64,000 bases of DNA from Atractiella rhizophila (GCA_021432655.1 MU271186.1:124001-188000); one strand, 5' to 3'; positions 25,082-39,181 are shown, counted from the first letter of the stretch. A program made the numbers and translations. The notes: a model not told the origin generated them from the sequence alone.

Positions 25082-27030
25082 ATGCCTTCTCAGCAAGTAT
25101 TCAACAACAAGGACGGTGCTACCTACACCACCTCGAATGGTGCACCTTATCCGGTGCCTTACGAGGCTCAGAGGGTGGGCAAGCTTGGGCCACTCCTCCT
25201 TCAAGACTTCCACCACATCGATCTCCTCGCACACTTTGATCGCGAACGTATCCCAGAGCGTGTCGTGCACGCCAAAGGTTTGTGTCATCTGTGATGCAGC
25301 GATGGTGGGATTGAGCATTGTCCTATACAGGTGCTGGAGCCCATGGTGTCTTTGAGGTGACAGACGATATTAGCGATCTCACAGTTGCTTCTCTCTTTTC
25401 CAAAGTTGGAAACAAAGCGAAGGGTATGTGGCGATTTGCTCGTGCATGTCCAGGAAGCTAATGTGAGCTTGAAATCTAGCAACTGTTCGATTCTCGACTG
25501 TTGGTGGTGAGAGTGGATCTGCTGACACTGCCCGAGACCCACGAGGATTCGCCATTAAGCTGAGGACGGATGAGGGCAACTGGGATTGGGTAAATGGACT
25601 GCTATTGCCTTCTTTCTTGTGCTGATCGGCGTATGTAGGTGTTCAACAACACACCTGTTTTCTTCATTCGAGACCCTGCCAAGTTCCCTCACTTCATCCA
25701 CACCCAGAAGAGAGATCCTCAGACGCACTTGAAAGACCCCGATATGTTCTGGGACTACCTTTCTCAGAACCCCGAGTCTATCCATCAAGTCATGATTCTT
25801 TTTGGAGATCGTGGAGTATGTGCCTTTTGAAAGCCGCTCATCTCTGTGTTAAAACTAGAGGTAGATTCCTGACGGCTACCACCATGAGCACGGATACTCT
25901 GGTCACACCTTCAAGTTCGTGAAGAAGGATGGTTCGTTCAACTATGTCCAAATCCACGTGCGAAGCGATCAAGGAGTGAAGTTCCTCACTGCGGAGAAGG
26001 CTCAAGAGCTCGCAGGATCGAATCCTGATTACGGAATCCAACAACTATTCGAGACCATCGACAGGGGAGAGTTCCCTTCATGGACCGTTTACGTTCAGGT
26101 CATGTCGCCGGAGGAAGCTGAGAAATTCCGATACAACGTCCTCGATCTCACAAAGATCTGGGTGCGCTTTCTCTCCTCTTGCGTTAGCAAAGAATAGTCA
26201 ATTGATTTGTCGTTGACTGGACAGCCTCACAGCCAATTCCCTCTCAGGAAGGTCGGAAAACTGACGCTGAACGAAAACGCGCAAAACTACTTCGCTGAGA
26301 TCGAGCAAGCCGCCTTCTCTCCCTCCCACCTCGTCCCAGGTGTGGAACCATCAGCCGACCCCGTGCTGCAATCGCGTCTCTTCTCCTATCCGGATACTCA
26401 CCGCCATCGCCTGGGCACGAACTATCAACAGCTGCCCGTCAACGCGCCGGTCGCTCCGGTGGCCAACTTCCAGAGGGATGGCGCGATGGCGTTCAACAAC
26501 CAGGGCACGCGACCAAACTACCAGTCTTCGATCGCCGAGCTCTCGTACCGTCCGAGACCTTATACGACGTCTCAACACGAGCAGTTCATCGGTGCGGCCG
26601 CCGCTGACCTTTCTTACATCACCGAGCTCGACTTCGAGCAACCGCGCGTGCTCTGGCAGAGGGTGTTCGACGATGGTGCGAAGGAGAGGTTCGTGAAGAA
26701 CGTGTATGTCACCTCCTCCATCGCCCTTCCTTATGTCCCTGGTGAGGATTCGTGAAATTGATGTGTTGACATTGCATGGGAAACAGTGCTGGACATCTCG
26801 GAAGCGCCAAGTCGGTAGAGATCAAGAATAGGCAGTTGGCCGTCTTCAGCACCGTCGATCTCGACCTCGGATCGAGACTCGCGAACGCTATGGGCCTCCA
26901 ACCCGTTTCTCCTCTCAAGCGTCAGTCTTCTCTCTACCTCACCTTTTCTTTAACGCTGATCTTGAATGTACTGGCTACAGTTAAAACTGCTGAAGAGGCC
27001 ATCAGCTTCAGAGCTAACCTGACTAAGTAA
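25082..27030 (+). CDS. Small-subunit monofunctional heme catalase, multi-exon
   Basis: [79 protein letters not shown] and the proximal heme ligand motif [14 protein letters not shown]. Confidence 0.97.
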
Positions 27031-27491
27031 ATCAGCTCGCTGGAGATGAGTGGTTGTGTGATGAAGCCACCGCTGTGGTTGTAGTAGTAGCGAAGAAAAC
27101 AAAAATGAGTGCTGAACGTTGATTGTTGATTGTTGTATTCCCACCATGGATCACTCTGCGCCAAACCCGAAGTGAAAGTTTGAGATGGAGGAATGGGGAA
27201 GATGTTTCATTTTGATAGAGTACACACAGTCGTTACATCAATTCGTAAGTTAATCAAACAAACCCGAAACACTAAAAAGCGAGCAAGAGTGCGAAAGTAG
27301 ATAGAATCACTCGCACCTGAGATCGAGAGTTCATTGGACTCTCCGAGTTAAGTTGATGGATGGATACAACGATAGGGATAAGGGTAGGGCGAATACGGTC
27401 ATCATCACAATCAATCCTGGCATTGCTCATAAAAAGAAAACACAAGAGAAAAAGAAGAGGAGGAGATGGAGGGAGAGAGAAGGGATATTGA

Positions 27492-29224
27492 TCAGGACTG
27501 ATCCTTCCTCAACATCTCCCTTGCTCTCGCTCTCTCCGGAATACTCCTATAAACAGCCCACAAATCTTCCTTCTCGACCCCGAGTCTTCCACTGGGCGTG
27601 CACTTTGCTTTCCCCCTCAACTCAAGACACAACTCGTCCTATCCATCCCCGTCAATCAACATTCAACCGCCTTTCGAAAGAGGAAGAAAAGAGGCAGAGC
27701 GAAGAAAGGGAGACGAACCACGTTACACTGTTTAAACTCGGGATGGCTCGCCAACTTAGCCCAAGCCCTTTCGCACGACACCACATCCTTCTCCTCCCTG
27801 CCCTCCCTAGTCGGCGGCGGTCTCCATGGACTAGGGAGGGCACAACTGAGGGCGTCGAAGTTGCACTCTGGTTTATCGCACACCAGGGCCGGCGGCAAAC
27901 TATCGAGGTCTTCGTCTTCGTCTACCTCTCCCCTTTCCCCTTGGCCGTCGCGGTCAGTGTCGAGGAGGGAAGGAGTGGGTGGCCTGCTCGTGCTGGTGGT
28001 GGGGGGCAGGACGGTGCTAAAGAAGAGGGGAGGGAGGGGGAGAGAGAGGAAGGAGGGAGAGATGGTGTCGAGGTCGAAGTCGAGTGGGATGGAGGGTAGA
28101 CTCAGATCCATCCCCTCCATCCCCTCCATGGCTTCCATTCCTTCCATCCCTTCGGAACCTGAGCCTGATCCTGAGAGTTCATCCGTCGTCGCTGTCATGG
28201 GGACGGAGGTGTCTAAGTTGGTAGACGAATTGAGGTCAGGATGGTGTTGTGTTGCCGCTGGGATGTGTTGCTGAGGTTGAGGTGGGGACTGGGATGTAGG
28301 TTGCGGTTGAGGTTGGAATTGGGGTGATTGAGTTGTTGGTTGAGATGGAGGATGGAAAGGAGGGGATTGTCTTTGCTGATTGGTGCCTTGGAAGGAAGGA
28401 AGTTGCTGCTGCAACAGCGTCATTTTGTTCCTTAGCGCCGCCACCTCGTTCTCCAGACTGCCACATCGACATCGACATCAGCATAAGAACACTAAGGAAA
28501 AGAGGAGGAGGGATGAGGACGAACTCGTTGATGTACTCTTTCATCTCCCTATTCTCCGAATTCGCAAATCCAAGTTTGTCCTCTAACTCCCTCACGTACT
28601 TTTCCTTCCTCTCCCTGAACGCTCTCTGCGCCGCACGGTTCTGTTCCTTCCTTTTCTGTTCCCATCAATATATCATCATCACATCAGCAAATGATCAGTG
28701 AGCAATCAACAAAAACGAACCTCAGAATTGATGTTTTGCTGACCAATGGACTTTCCGCGCTTCCTCCTCCCCATCCCGTTCATCTCCTCCTCACCTCCGT
28801 CCTGTTCTCCTTCAACTTGAAACTTCCTCTTCGTCCCACCTCCACCCACCTCTCCAAGCGACATCTCCCCAACGTCCGTCCCGATACCCTTGATGCCCAG
28901 CGCATTCTGCGTCGCGAAATACATCGGTGGTTCCCGCTGACTTCCAGGCGACGAATACTGCTGCTGCGACGTATTCAGGAAGACGGGCCCGTCGCCCAGC
29001 GAGTCTACGAGGTGATGGAGGTTGTCCTTCTTCATGTACGGAGGTGGGACGGTGCCTCCTTGGCTGAGAGAGTGCGGATGGGGGATGGAGGAGTGGGCGT
29101 TGGGGGGCAGGACGTAGTATTGCCTAGGGGGCGAGAGGGAGGTTGGGGGAGGGAGCGAGTGGGAGTGTGGCGGGTGGGGATGGGGGATGGAGATGCTGTT
29201 GAGCATGGGAGAGAGAAAGACCAT
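27492..29224 (-). CDS. Yap1/Pap1-type AP-1 bZIP transcription factor with C-terminal cysteine-rich domain
   Basis: Basic region RKEQNRAAQRAFRERKEKYVRELEDKL. The C-terminus SCERAWAKLASHPEFKQCNV|DELCLELRGKAKC resembles the Yap1 c-CRD. Confidence 0.85.
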
Positions 29225-30320
29225 CGCCTGATCTGTCCTTTTGCTTTTGTTTTTGCGTGTTTCGTGCCCGGGTCGGAAGAAGTTTAACACCGGTATCACC
29301 GATGCTTCTCTCCAGTTCGATTCGAGAAGGGCAAGATGATGAAATGTACCGAGGGTAGCTATCAGTATCAGTGATAGGCAAGTATGCGAAATAGTGCTCA
29401 ATGACTGGGCAGAGGTGTCGAGGTTAAAGGGAGCAATAGGACCCTATTTGAGCCGATCGGTGAGTGGAACGGAGTGCGGGATGTGGTCTGGAGTGGGGAA
29501 TGGAAGTCTTGTTTTGGGACTTATATTAGCATAAGCGTCGCTCAAGAGGGACCGAATGACCTCCACCAAGTGGCGTGAGTGGTGCACTTCTATCTCCTCT
29601 CTTCCTTTGGGTTTGCGTTTCAATTTTCATTTTCGTCATCCCTTTTCTCTTTTCTTTAGGTGGAATATTCAACTTTAAGGTCCAATATAGAGTACCTCAG
29701 ATCCCGTCGACGTTGTTGCTGCCGTTAATCATGTCGGGAGGAGGAGATTCGTCGGTTCATTAACCTCACCTTTGGGCTAGTAACGAGTTAATAACATTCT
29801 CAGTGGGATTATTGCGTGGATTTCAACATCTAACCAGCACTCAGGGCTTTGATGTCGATTAGTGGGCTTTTTTGGGAAAACTGCAGTTTTCTTCCTCTTG
29901 GTGGCATTTTAGCAAGCTCAAGCTCAACCTTTTGCGTTTCAAAGAGATTGCCAATCCCCAAGTTCCATGGCACGGAATGCCACTGCTGCCTCGTTCGTTA
30001 CACTTACACTTCCAACGGATTGGGTGGGAATGTGGGATCTGCGGGATCATCATTGTAACATTCGGAGCAGTCTTGCACTAAAGGTTGTTAAGGGTGTCTG
30101 TCAAGTGATGCTGTAGGAGTAGGAAAGGATACAATGTGCAATTTTATGGTCATCCTTAACGAAAAGGCACCACAAAGCAGCACGGTGAGTATCAGCAATG
30201 GCAGTTTGGTTGGCTGCAAAGGCGCAGGAGCAGAGGATCCAACGAGGACCTTGAATGGGAGGAGGTAATGGAGAAGAACGGCAAAGCACATACAACAATC
30301 TCCTGCACATACAATCTAAT

Positions 30321-32051
30321 CTAGATACTAATGCTCTTCCAAACATTAAAACCCTCCACCGCAGTCGATACCACAACTCCCGGAATCTGAGGGTGCCAAT
30401 GTATCTCCTTGACCTCCTTCTGTCCCTGATGTATGAACAACAATTGCGGCGGGACCTTCTCCAACCCCTTCTGCCCTTTTGCGGTCGATTCTTCCTCGTC
30501 GATTTCCACTGAAAGGTCCCACAGCGTCACTTGGTCGTCGGCTCCTGAAGCGGCGAAACAGGAATCTTCGGATGGGTGCCATTCGATGGAGGTTATGGGA
30601 GCTGTGTGCCATGAGAAAGAAGCGACGGGTGTCGGCGCGTTCGTTTTTCTATCGACAATGTCAATCAGAATCATATTTATTTGTGGCAAAAGGGGTGAGG
30701 AAGAGGAGGGAGGAGGACGAACGATTGGAAGTTCCTAAAGTCCCACACCTTGATCCCTCCCTCGTCTCCACCGGTGAGGAGCAAATAAGTCGAATGTTTG
30801 TTCCAACTCATAACATTCACATCGCTCTCATGTGCCCCATCTAGCGCTAACACGCTCTTCCTCTCCTTAACCCTTACATCCCAAACACGGACACTCCTAT
30901 CTGCAGAGCACGAAGCGAAGATTGTAGGTTCAACGGGGGACCATTGGATGTCCTCCACTGAGGAAGTATGTGAGGTGAATGGTTTAGGGGACGGAGTGAA
31001 GGATGTTTGACCCATCGTCGTCAAGTAGATTTTTCCCGCGCAATCTCCAGACAAGAGTCGTCCACCAGAAGACCCAAGAGGCGGGCCCCACGCCAATCCG
31101 TACCCTTCTTCCCGTCCGTGGCTCTTGATAACCTGCACAGGTTTCTTCTCCAATCCCACCCCGGACCGCTCAGCGGGATGATGCAGCGATTGCAGATGAG
31201 GAGCGACGTCGTAGATGTTGACGTTGCCCGTCTCGGAGAATGTGGCGACGTAGTAAGGGGAGGGAGGGGAGGGAGGAACGCTGGAGGGGAGAGGTTGGGC
31301 ACGGAGACGGTTGACGCAGCCGACGTGTTGGAGCGTGCGGAAGGTGAGGATGGGGTCGGAGTCGATGTTGGAGGAGGTGTCGGAGGCATCATCTTCTGAA
31401 TCTGAGTCTTCTCGATCTGCAATACTCCCCATCAATGTCAATTTTGCCAAAGAAAGGAGCGTGGGCTGTGAGGGAACATGACGAACCTTTGTCTGTTCGA
31501 CTCAGACCTTCCCATCGCATGACAACCACTTCATCCTCTCCTCTCACGCCTGCCTGTGTTCCAGCTACGACAGTGACGTCCATAGGAAACTTGCGTCTCT
31601 CGTCTCCCCGGCCGTCTGCAAGGACATCGAACGAAAGTGAAGGCCACTTGAGGGACATAGAATGCAAAAGCGGATAGACAGCCATATCCGGCTTAAGTTC
31701 ATGGCCCTCTTCCAATTTCTGACCGGGCAAGTGCGCCACGACCTCTTCCTCTTCCTCCTCCTCCTCCTCCTCTTCTTCTTCAGAAGACTCACCGTCGATC
31801 TTCATCTTCTCAGCTTCCTCAGCCACAGTTTCCATCCGCTCATCATCCTCTGCCTCCCGCTCCGCATCGCTGTCCGGGTTGCTGATGATGTCCTCCTCCT
31901 CGAACTCGTCCTCCCACTCATCCTCAAACTCGCCCATCTCGTCCTCCCCCTCTTCAGCGCGCCGATTCGTCGATGGTGCTACGGCGGTTTTTGAGCTCCC
32001 CCGGAGGGATACCGAGGAAGGAGCCCGCTTAAGGGTGTTCGTTTTTGACAT
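30321..32051 (-). CDS. RRB1: Ribosome assembly WD40 protein Rrb1/GRWD1
   Basis: Acidic N-terminus, [58 protein letters not shown]. Confidence 0.93.
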
Positions 32052-32115
32052 AATCAGAAATGGATGTCAATGGCTCTCTCGGGAGAGTAGATGGAGATTC
32101 GATCGCAGAGTTCAG

Positions 32116-32125
32116 AAATTTTTTG
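32116..32125. promoter_or_regulatory. RRPE-like motif (AAATTTTTTG) upstream of RRB1
   Basis: AAAAATTT on the minus strand ~65 nt upstream of the ATG of a ribosome-biogenesis gene. Short motif that could be chance. Confidence 0.35.
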
Positions 32126-32241
32126 GAACGGAGCGGGTATGACGCGGTACCTGTCGGCGTTATCTCCACCTGAAAGCGTCACCACCTAACTAACCATTAC
32201 CTAGAGGAGGGAGGGTATCCCACCAATAATCCAAGGCAGCT

Positions 32242-34317
32242 ATGGCCTCCGACCTCCTCCCACCCTCCGGCACGCTCCTCGCGACCCGCACTTCCACGCA
32301 CTCCGCCATACGCCGCGAAGAGGGAGACATACGCGCGAAGCTCGTCTCTGACTTTGTGAGGATCGTGCAGGAGAGCGTGGAGAACGACTTTGAGTTTCCG
32401 CCGGCGGGGAGCGTGGTGAAGGGAAAGGAGGCGCTTAGTTTGCAGACTACTAGCGCTAATTTTACGAGGTGAGTGTTTGGGTTCTGGTCTGGCGGCTTTG
32501 GGTTTGGACCTTTGGGTTTGGGAGGGACACAACATATTGTTGTTGTGGCCATAACGTGTGTTGAATTGTTGAGGTCAGGCTGAGACAATTTATTGATATT
32601 CATTGTCATTTGTAATCTTGATGAAAAGCCATTTGTTCAACTCATATCTACTTGAAAGCATAGGGCCGGGATGTGCTGTAGAATGTACAAATGAACAGCC
32701 TGATTCGCTCGTTCTTCCCGGTTCACTCAATGAGATTCAACTCGCAATATCCAAGAGGGCAGTTGCAGAATGCTCTACGCTATCATGCAGTTGGTGCAGC
32801 TGGGGGTTCAGTGTTACCTAAGAAAGGAGGTCATAATCATCACTTTGAATGGAGTGTGACGCAGTAGTTTGAACAGAAGTTTCTAAATCAGAGAAATTTG
32901 GTTCACTCATGTCAGTGAACCGCTCTTTTTCTGTCGATGCCGTCAGGATTGTGGTTTGTACTAGGCCACCAGAACTGCCACCATTCCACTTGGAGAAAGG
33001 AATTTTCCTGTAATAGTGCCTGCCAGCTTGTAAAAATATCTAGGTAATTTGCAAGTCAGATCATTCATACAGCGCACTTTCATCTCTCCCGTATTAGAAA
33101 ACACGCTCCTCAACATTCAATCTCTTCCCTGACTGTCTTCTCGCCTTTTTGCTTATGGATAAGGCTGTATCCCACTACTTGCTCGAACCATGTGTCTACT
33201 TGTGGCGATTAAACCCAACAGCGACAGGAGATGACGAAACGATAAAATGCGAAGTTCAAATTGGTTTGATGGTTGATTCATTAAGTAGGTGCAGGAAGCC
33301 TCGGTGATCTTGTAACTAGAAGGTGCTTTAATCCTTCTACCATGATTAGTGGATGTACCATATCTTGGACGTTGTACCTTTCTCTTCCCAGAACAATTAT
33401 CGTGAAGACTTGTTGGTGATTCCATAGAGCTTCTAGGACTCATCGAATGGGACCAAGCGCAAGCCTCCTGAAGCGATTTGTTTTGCATTTTCAGTACTGA
33501 CGTTCTTCCTCTTCCGCGTACGAATAGGTTCATTCAGCGATCTGGCCCTCTCTTCGCACTACAGGATACCATTCTTCAAATCTTAACATGGGAGCAACCA
33601 TCACGAGCAATCTTCGTTTCTGTTCTATGGAGCTTAATTTGTACGTCATTTCATTGCTCCAGTAGTTCATCAACCTAAGAAATCACTGAAGGTTACAAGC
33701 CTAAACTTCTATTTGCTCTTCCAACGACCCTACTCCTAGCTCTCTTCCTATCCCTTCCATCTAAAACATCTCAAGCATCCTCAGCGTCCAAACCGACGTC
33801 GACGCCGACAACAACAACTTCAGCCTCAACCCTTGCACCACCAACAACAACGCAAGAACCTTCCAGCTCCGCCTCCAGCCAAAACAGCACCCCACCCTCC
33901 TCCCCCATGCCCGCTCCACCAGCCCTGAACCCGATCTCCCCAACCACACCGACCCCTCACCCACTAGCACCACCCACTGAAGGTTCCATCGACTACCTCG
34001 CCAACCTCCAGAACATCCAAAACCTCCTCGGCCTCTACTGCGCCGCGTTCGACCTCATCGTCCCCAACCTCGCCTCTCGTCCTCCCGAGCCCATCATCGC
34101 CCTTGTGTTCATTATAACCGTCGCATTGTACCTCACGGTCGATATCTTTCCTTGGCGTCTTGCGTTTTGGATCGTAGGGGAGCTGGGACTGTGCGCTTAT
34201 CATCCGGTGGTGCTGAAGGTGTGGGAGAGGAGAAACGAGGTGGGAGAGAAGGGGGAGCGGAAGTGGGCTGAGGAAAAGGTGGCTAGGTTGTGGAAGGATT
34301 GGACGGAGGATGCTTAA
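32242..34317 (+). CDS. Pex24p-family (Pex28-32-like) integral membrane peroxin
   Basis: LSLQTTSANFTR|FIQRSGPLFALQDTILQILTWEQPSR, YLANLQNIQNLLG and hydrophobic segments. The first intron is 32469-33527. Confidence 0.75.
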
Positions 34318-34802
34318 ATCAAGAGAAGCGTCATTTGTAAGACTGTTGTCAACTACTTTGCGTCTGGATATCTGGATCACCACCTCAGAAGCAAGCAGAG
34401 TGAATTTGCATTTGAGATCTTTGATCCTAACTTTGACATGATGTTACAACGACAAGATACCTTTGAACGTAAGAATTAAGTAGTGACTATTCGATGGATT
34501 TGCCGAAAGAAGAGAAATGAAGAGAAAAGTACAGATGATGGTTGAACATCGCAAAAGCTGAGACTGAGAAGTGGAGAGAATTGAGCGAACAAAGCAGATT
34601 GAGGTGGGACTGAATTGAAGACGAAGAAGAAAAGGCCTGCTGCGATTGATCATTGATTGCACTGATGCGAAACGGAAGGTGTTCACTTCTAGCAAGGCGA
34701 AGAGTTGTGAAGATTGTAGAGCACTGAAAAACACAAGGCAAGGGTATCCACCGATCGATTGAAGCATTAGGTATTAACGAATTTTATGAGAGCGCCGAAC
34801 GC

Positions 34803-36326
34803 TCAAGCTAATCCTCTTCCGTATCCATAATATCCTCCAGTAGGAGCAGTCCCGTCAAAACTCTCCGCATCTTCCATCTGTGGCACCTCGATGTCTACAT
34901 CGGGAACGAGTACGACAGCCACAGCTTCGACAGTGCTCCCGTCAGGTCCGTTCACGAAATTAGTCTTGACCAGAGCGGAAGCTCCTTCCTTCCTCGCTTT
35001 CCTAACCACCGAATTGAGGAGCACCCTCCTCTGCTCAAACATCTCCTCCCTATTCCTCGGTCTCCCCAACCCAAGTCGAGATCCATGCATAGTGATCGTC
35101 CCGACCACTTTTGAGATTCTGCTCCCCTCTACCGAGGAACCGTGAGAAATAGTGAATTCAGACAGCTCGTTGTTGACTGGGGGATCGGGTATGGAGTGCG
35201 AGCGGGTACGGGGGCGACCGTAGTGCTGCGAGTGGGGATGGAGGCTATCGGTAGGAGAAGGCGGTTGACGAGTTGTCGGGGGAGAGGGATGGAGGAAAGT
35301 ATTTCCGGCTGGTCCATGGGGCATAGATCGCCTCCTTGCTCGTGGGAGGGGAAGTGACGTTGTTGGGTTGCTAGTCAGTGGCGTTGGCTCGTGGATTGCA
35401 ATGGACGGGGCGGAAGGGATGTCGAGAGGGAGATGCCTCTTCTGAAAAGATGAATACGTAGGGAAGTGCGACTGTCTAGTAGGTGATTCGTCGTCGAGGG
35501 AGGACGATGGTGAAGTGTATGTATTAGAGGTGAATCCATAGGTTGAGGTGGCGGTAGGAACCTGGCGGGAGGCATAAGCGCTCCTCGGTCGAGGGAGACT
35601 GTCATAGCTGTTGCCGTGATTGGGATAAAGACCATCAAGAGTGGATGATTGGGCCATGTATTGCGATGGCTGTCGAATTGTAGCGCTTGAAGACCTCGGT
35701 ATGCCATTAGGAGGAATGCGAATCGAGGTTCCAAACTTCCTCTTTCCTGACGCAGTGTTCACAAAATTGTCGAAAGGATCGGAGTAGCTTGCGCCAGCCA
35801 GACTTCCTCCAAGTGAATCCGTCTCCATCCCCATTGTGCCCAAGTCATCTCGATCCCACAGCCCACTTCTTGTCGTACGTTCCCCAAAACCAGACCGCCC
35901 GAGCGAAGCAGTCCTGGGCAAAGGCGGCGCAGTCGGAAACGGCATCACCTCCTCCTCCTCACGCTGATAGATAGGAAGGGAGCGTCTTCCACGATACATC
36001 GAACCGTTCATTTTTGTTCCTAGATTCGGGTTGGGATTGGGTACAAGGTCATTAAGGACCCTTTGTTTTGAACTCCGAAATGGTCGAGGTGTAGGATCCC
36101 TGTCCAGCCCTTCACAAAGTAAAATCGGTTCAGCGCCATGTTAAGTCAGAGAAACGCACTTACCTGCACCGACGTTTTTCAGGCCAAAAGCAAAGTGGTC
36201 GTCTTGCAAACTTCCTTTCAAGCCTGCGGGCGAGTCACCTGTTTGTTCGGACAGATTTTCTGACTCATGCTCGTCTTCCACGTCTTGCCTCCAACGCTTC
36301 TTCGCATTCAAGTTCTCAAACTTCAT
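34803..36326 (-). CDS. Ser/Pro-rich disordered protein with a C-terminal YbjQ/UPF0145-like domain
   Basis: Exon MKFENLNAKK...KNVGA splices in frame to ORF 34803..36011. The C-terminus VEGSRISKVVGTI...VVRKARKEGASALV...VEAVAVVL resembles the YbjQ pattern. Confidence 0.55.
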
Positions 36327-38347
36327 GGCAAGTTTGTTCTGTGCTCTAAAACGCAACGCGATTTGAGTGAAATCTGGGGAAGCAATGCTTTTATGCAGTC
36401 CCCGATATACGCCACACCCCAGAATCGGACTCGGTTGGGCACGCTGCCAGTGATGTCAGATCCGTTTTCAACCTTTAGCCCGACGCGTATCCACATTCAA
36501 CATCGATCTGCTGAAAGCAGGCAAGGATTCACTCAAAAGGTCCTGGCAGGCAAACAAACGAGTAGAGGCGGAGAGATGTCAAGCAGTCAGGTTGAGCGGG
36601 CCTCGAAAAAGTGAGTTGATGAGCTGATAGGAGAAGAAGATAGGAGAAAAAGAAAGACTCCAGAAATCAACCGAATTGAATCGGTCCCAACTGGAAAACC
36701 AACATCCAGTGTTGGGTAAAAGGGCGTGGGGAGCAGAAATTCGGTACAAAGGAATTGCATGGATAAATTTTGTTTGTTGCTAGAGAAGTAACGTCCCAAA
36801 TCCATCCCACTTCTCCCCCAAACTACCCACCTTGACCTCACCATCCGGAGCATATATCATGTTGAGTTTGATTAAATCCAAGCATCCATGAGATCCATAA
36901 CACTGTAGATGTGACGAGACATGAGATGTGAGACGATTGATGAGGTCGGTTTTGTCGTGAGCGTGGGAGGGAAGACGTATAGAGAACGGTTCAAAGAGCT
37001 ACCGTTCGAGGAAGACGTTTACTCTACGAAACAAACCATCAATCAGTAAACTGCGCCGTCGCAATCGATCGTAAAATGGAATAGGCATACTGGATCTGGC
37101 CCTCATCTTTCGTCGCTTGCGCTTCAGGCGCCTCACCCTTTTCTTTCTCTACATTCAAAGCGTCATCAGTTCCAGGCCCCATAGAACACATGTAAACACT
37201 CACCCATTTCGCTCTCATGTTAACCAGTTAAGGTGTTATAGAGAGCTCTGCTTGGTTGTCGTTTGCGTCTGTCAGGCTGGAGATAAATAAAACGCCACAT
37301 CCCTAACCCTACAAATCAAGTGTCAAATGCGGCGACATTGGGAGTGCATTTTGTTTGCCTTATATTCTTGCGGGTGCGGGTGGTGAGTGTTAGCGGTGGT
37401 GCATGCCACGCTTCAGTACCAGCTGCCTTCGTTCACCCTTTTCGTAGTAATCAGTTCAGGGGAATGAAATCCTCAGTACCTGCAGATAGTACCGAGTGTG
37501 TGCAGCCTGAGTGCATGAACGTCTTTCAACAAGATTACAAACAGAAACAGCAGGGGCGATTTCACTACCAGCAGTGTGCTCTCACACATGGCTAAGCCCG
37601 CTGTGTTGTCGCCCTCTTTGTCGGTTGTCACTCTCTTTGTCGCCTACTTTCGCTGGTATTCACAGCGCAATCTATCATGAAATGTTTGATAATCCCTTCC
37701 TGAATCTCGGCCCCTTGATGTTAAATGCCCAGTAACAGAACATACGCCAAAGTAGCTTGTTCTGCAACCACTTGAAAGTTTTTGCGGGATGACGGCCATA
37801 CGACAACCAGTAGCAGACATTACACAATTAATATTGCTAAGGATGCTGACACAATTGTGTTGATAGTATTGGCACATGGCTCATAGTTCCTACCCTCTTA
37901 CCCTCCACCGCGGTATATTGCCTTGCCAGTCACAAATAGTGGGTAAGAGCCATCGTTTTTGGATGGCCAAGATTTACATTGATATTCATATCAGCGCTCC
38001 CACCCATATGCATACACGTACGGTGTACTGCCGTAATGTACAGCCAGCGAAAACCCATACCCATACAGCCTTTCCTTATCAAATATACTGTCAGTATTGA
38101 CCCTGAAAGTATCCGTATATTGATTGCTAACGTAAGCTTGATATGTCCATATATTGTGATACGGCTATGCCAACGGCAGCTGACATGGCCCAGACATGAG
38201 ACGTCCAGACCAGATGGTGAAACACAGAAGCAGAAACCACTGCCACTTGCATCAATAATCTTGGGGATGCCCAATTTTTTTCCTTCTCATGGCTTCTTTC
38301 CGAATTCCCCAACGTGTGTGACCATTTGTGCGAAGCTATAAAAGTAT

Positions 38348-38763
38348 TGTTGGGGCTGACACTATGTGCGGTCGCCGACAGGCGATGCGTCTGTAGTGGA
38401 GATAAACCTAAGAGCATGATATGACATGAAGACTAACCTGTAGTGGAGATAAACCTAAGAGAATACTCTAAGGTCACCTCCACTACTCTCTGATCTATAT
38501 ATACAAGTGGAATAACACTGCCACAAAGCGTAGAGGAGAGCAGATGAAACATGTAAGAGAACTAAAAGGGGAAGTGACAGTGGGATTACGCGGAGTTAAT
38601 AAGAGGAGGATAGGCACAATTGGGCTAAGTGGTGATGTAGGTGCAAATGGGCGATGGGAGACGTAGAGTGGCGACGGGCGCCGATTCGCAGGGAACGCAA
38701 ATGGGCGAAAGGAGACGCAATCCGGCGAACGGGCACCGATTTGCGTAAGATGCAAACCTGACA
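38348..38763 (+). mobile_element. Solo LTR 1 (416 bp); strand is relative to LTR 2
   Basis: TGTTGGGG...CCTGACA termini with 5-bp TSD AGTAT on both sides. Internal direct repeat ctgtagtggagataaacctaagag occurs twice. Confidence 0.88.
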
Positions 38764-39181
38764 AGTATGTCCCTTTCTCCCACTTTCTCCTTTCATATCC
38801 ACTCATCCACAATGCCTGAGCCAGCTACCCAACGTGCATCACCACACACAACAAAAGGCTGCAGACCAGCTACACTGGATGACTATGTCATTGAATCTGG
38901 TACCAATATTCTTCATTCGATTGAACGACCAACTTCCCCGACCCCTCGTTTCCATGCAACTCCTGGGCCAACTAGTTCACAACGACTTATTCCTCCGCAT
39001 CAGCAGCCTGATCTGCAACTGATTCAACTTTCTTCTTCAGCGGAGCAGTCAAATGAAGGGTCCGAGTATAGTGACGAGAACTGTCAGAAGAGCCGCCCTG
39101 CAAAGAGGAAGGGGTCCAGTTATCTTGACATGGATGGAGAGAAGGATGAACGGAATGAAGATGAAGGTAGTGAGGAGATGG

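Noticed and set aside
27353..29287. Long plus-strand ORFs (27353..28099, 28691..29287)
   Set aside because: Antisense shadows of the low-complexity bZIP gene.
32495..32527. Telomere-like GGGTTT repeats
   Set aside because: Only a few imperfect units, not TTAGGG, and located inside an intron.
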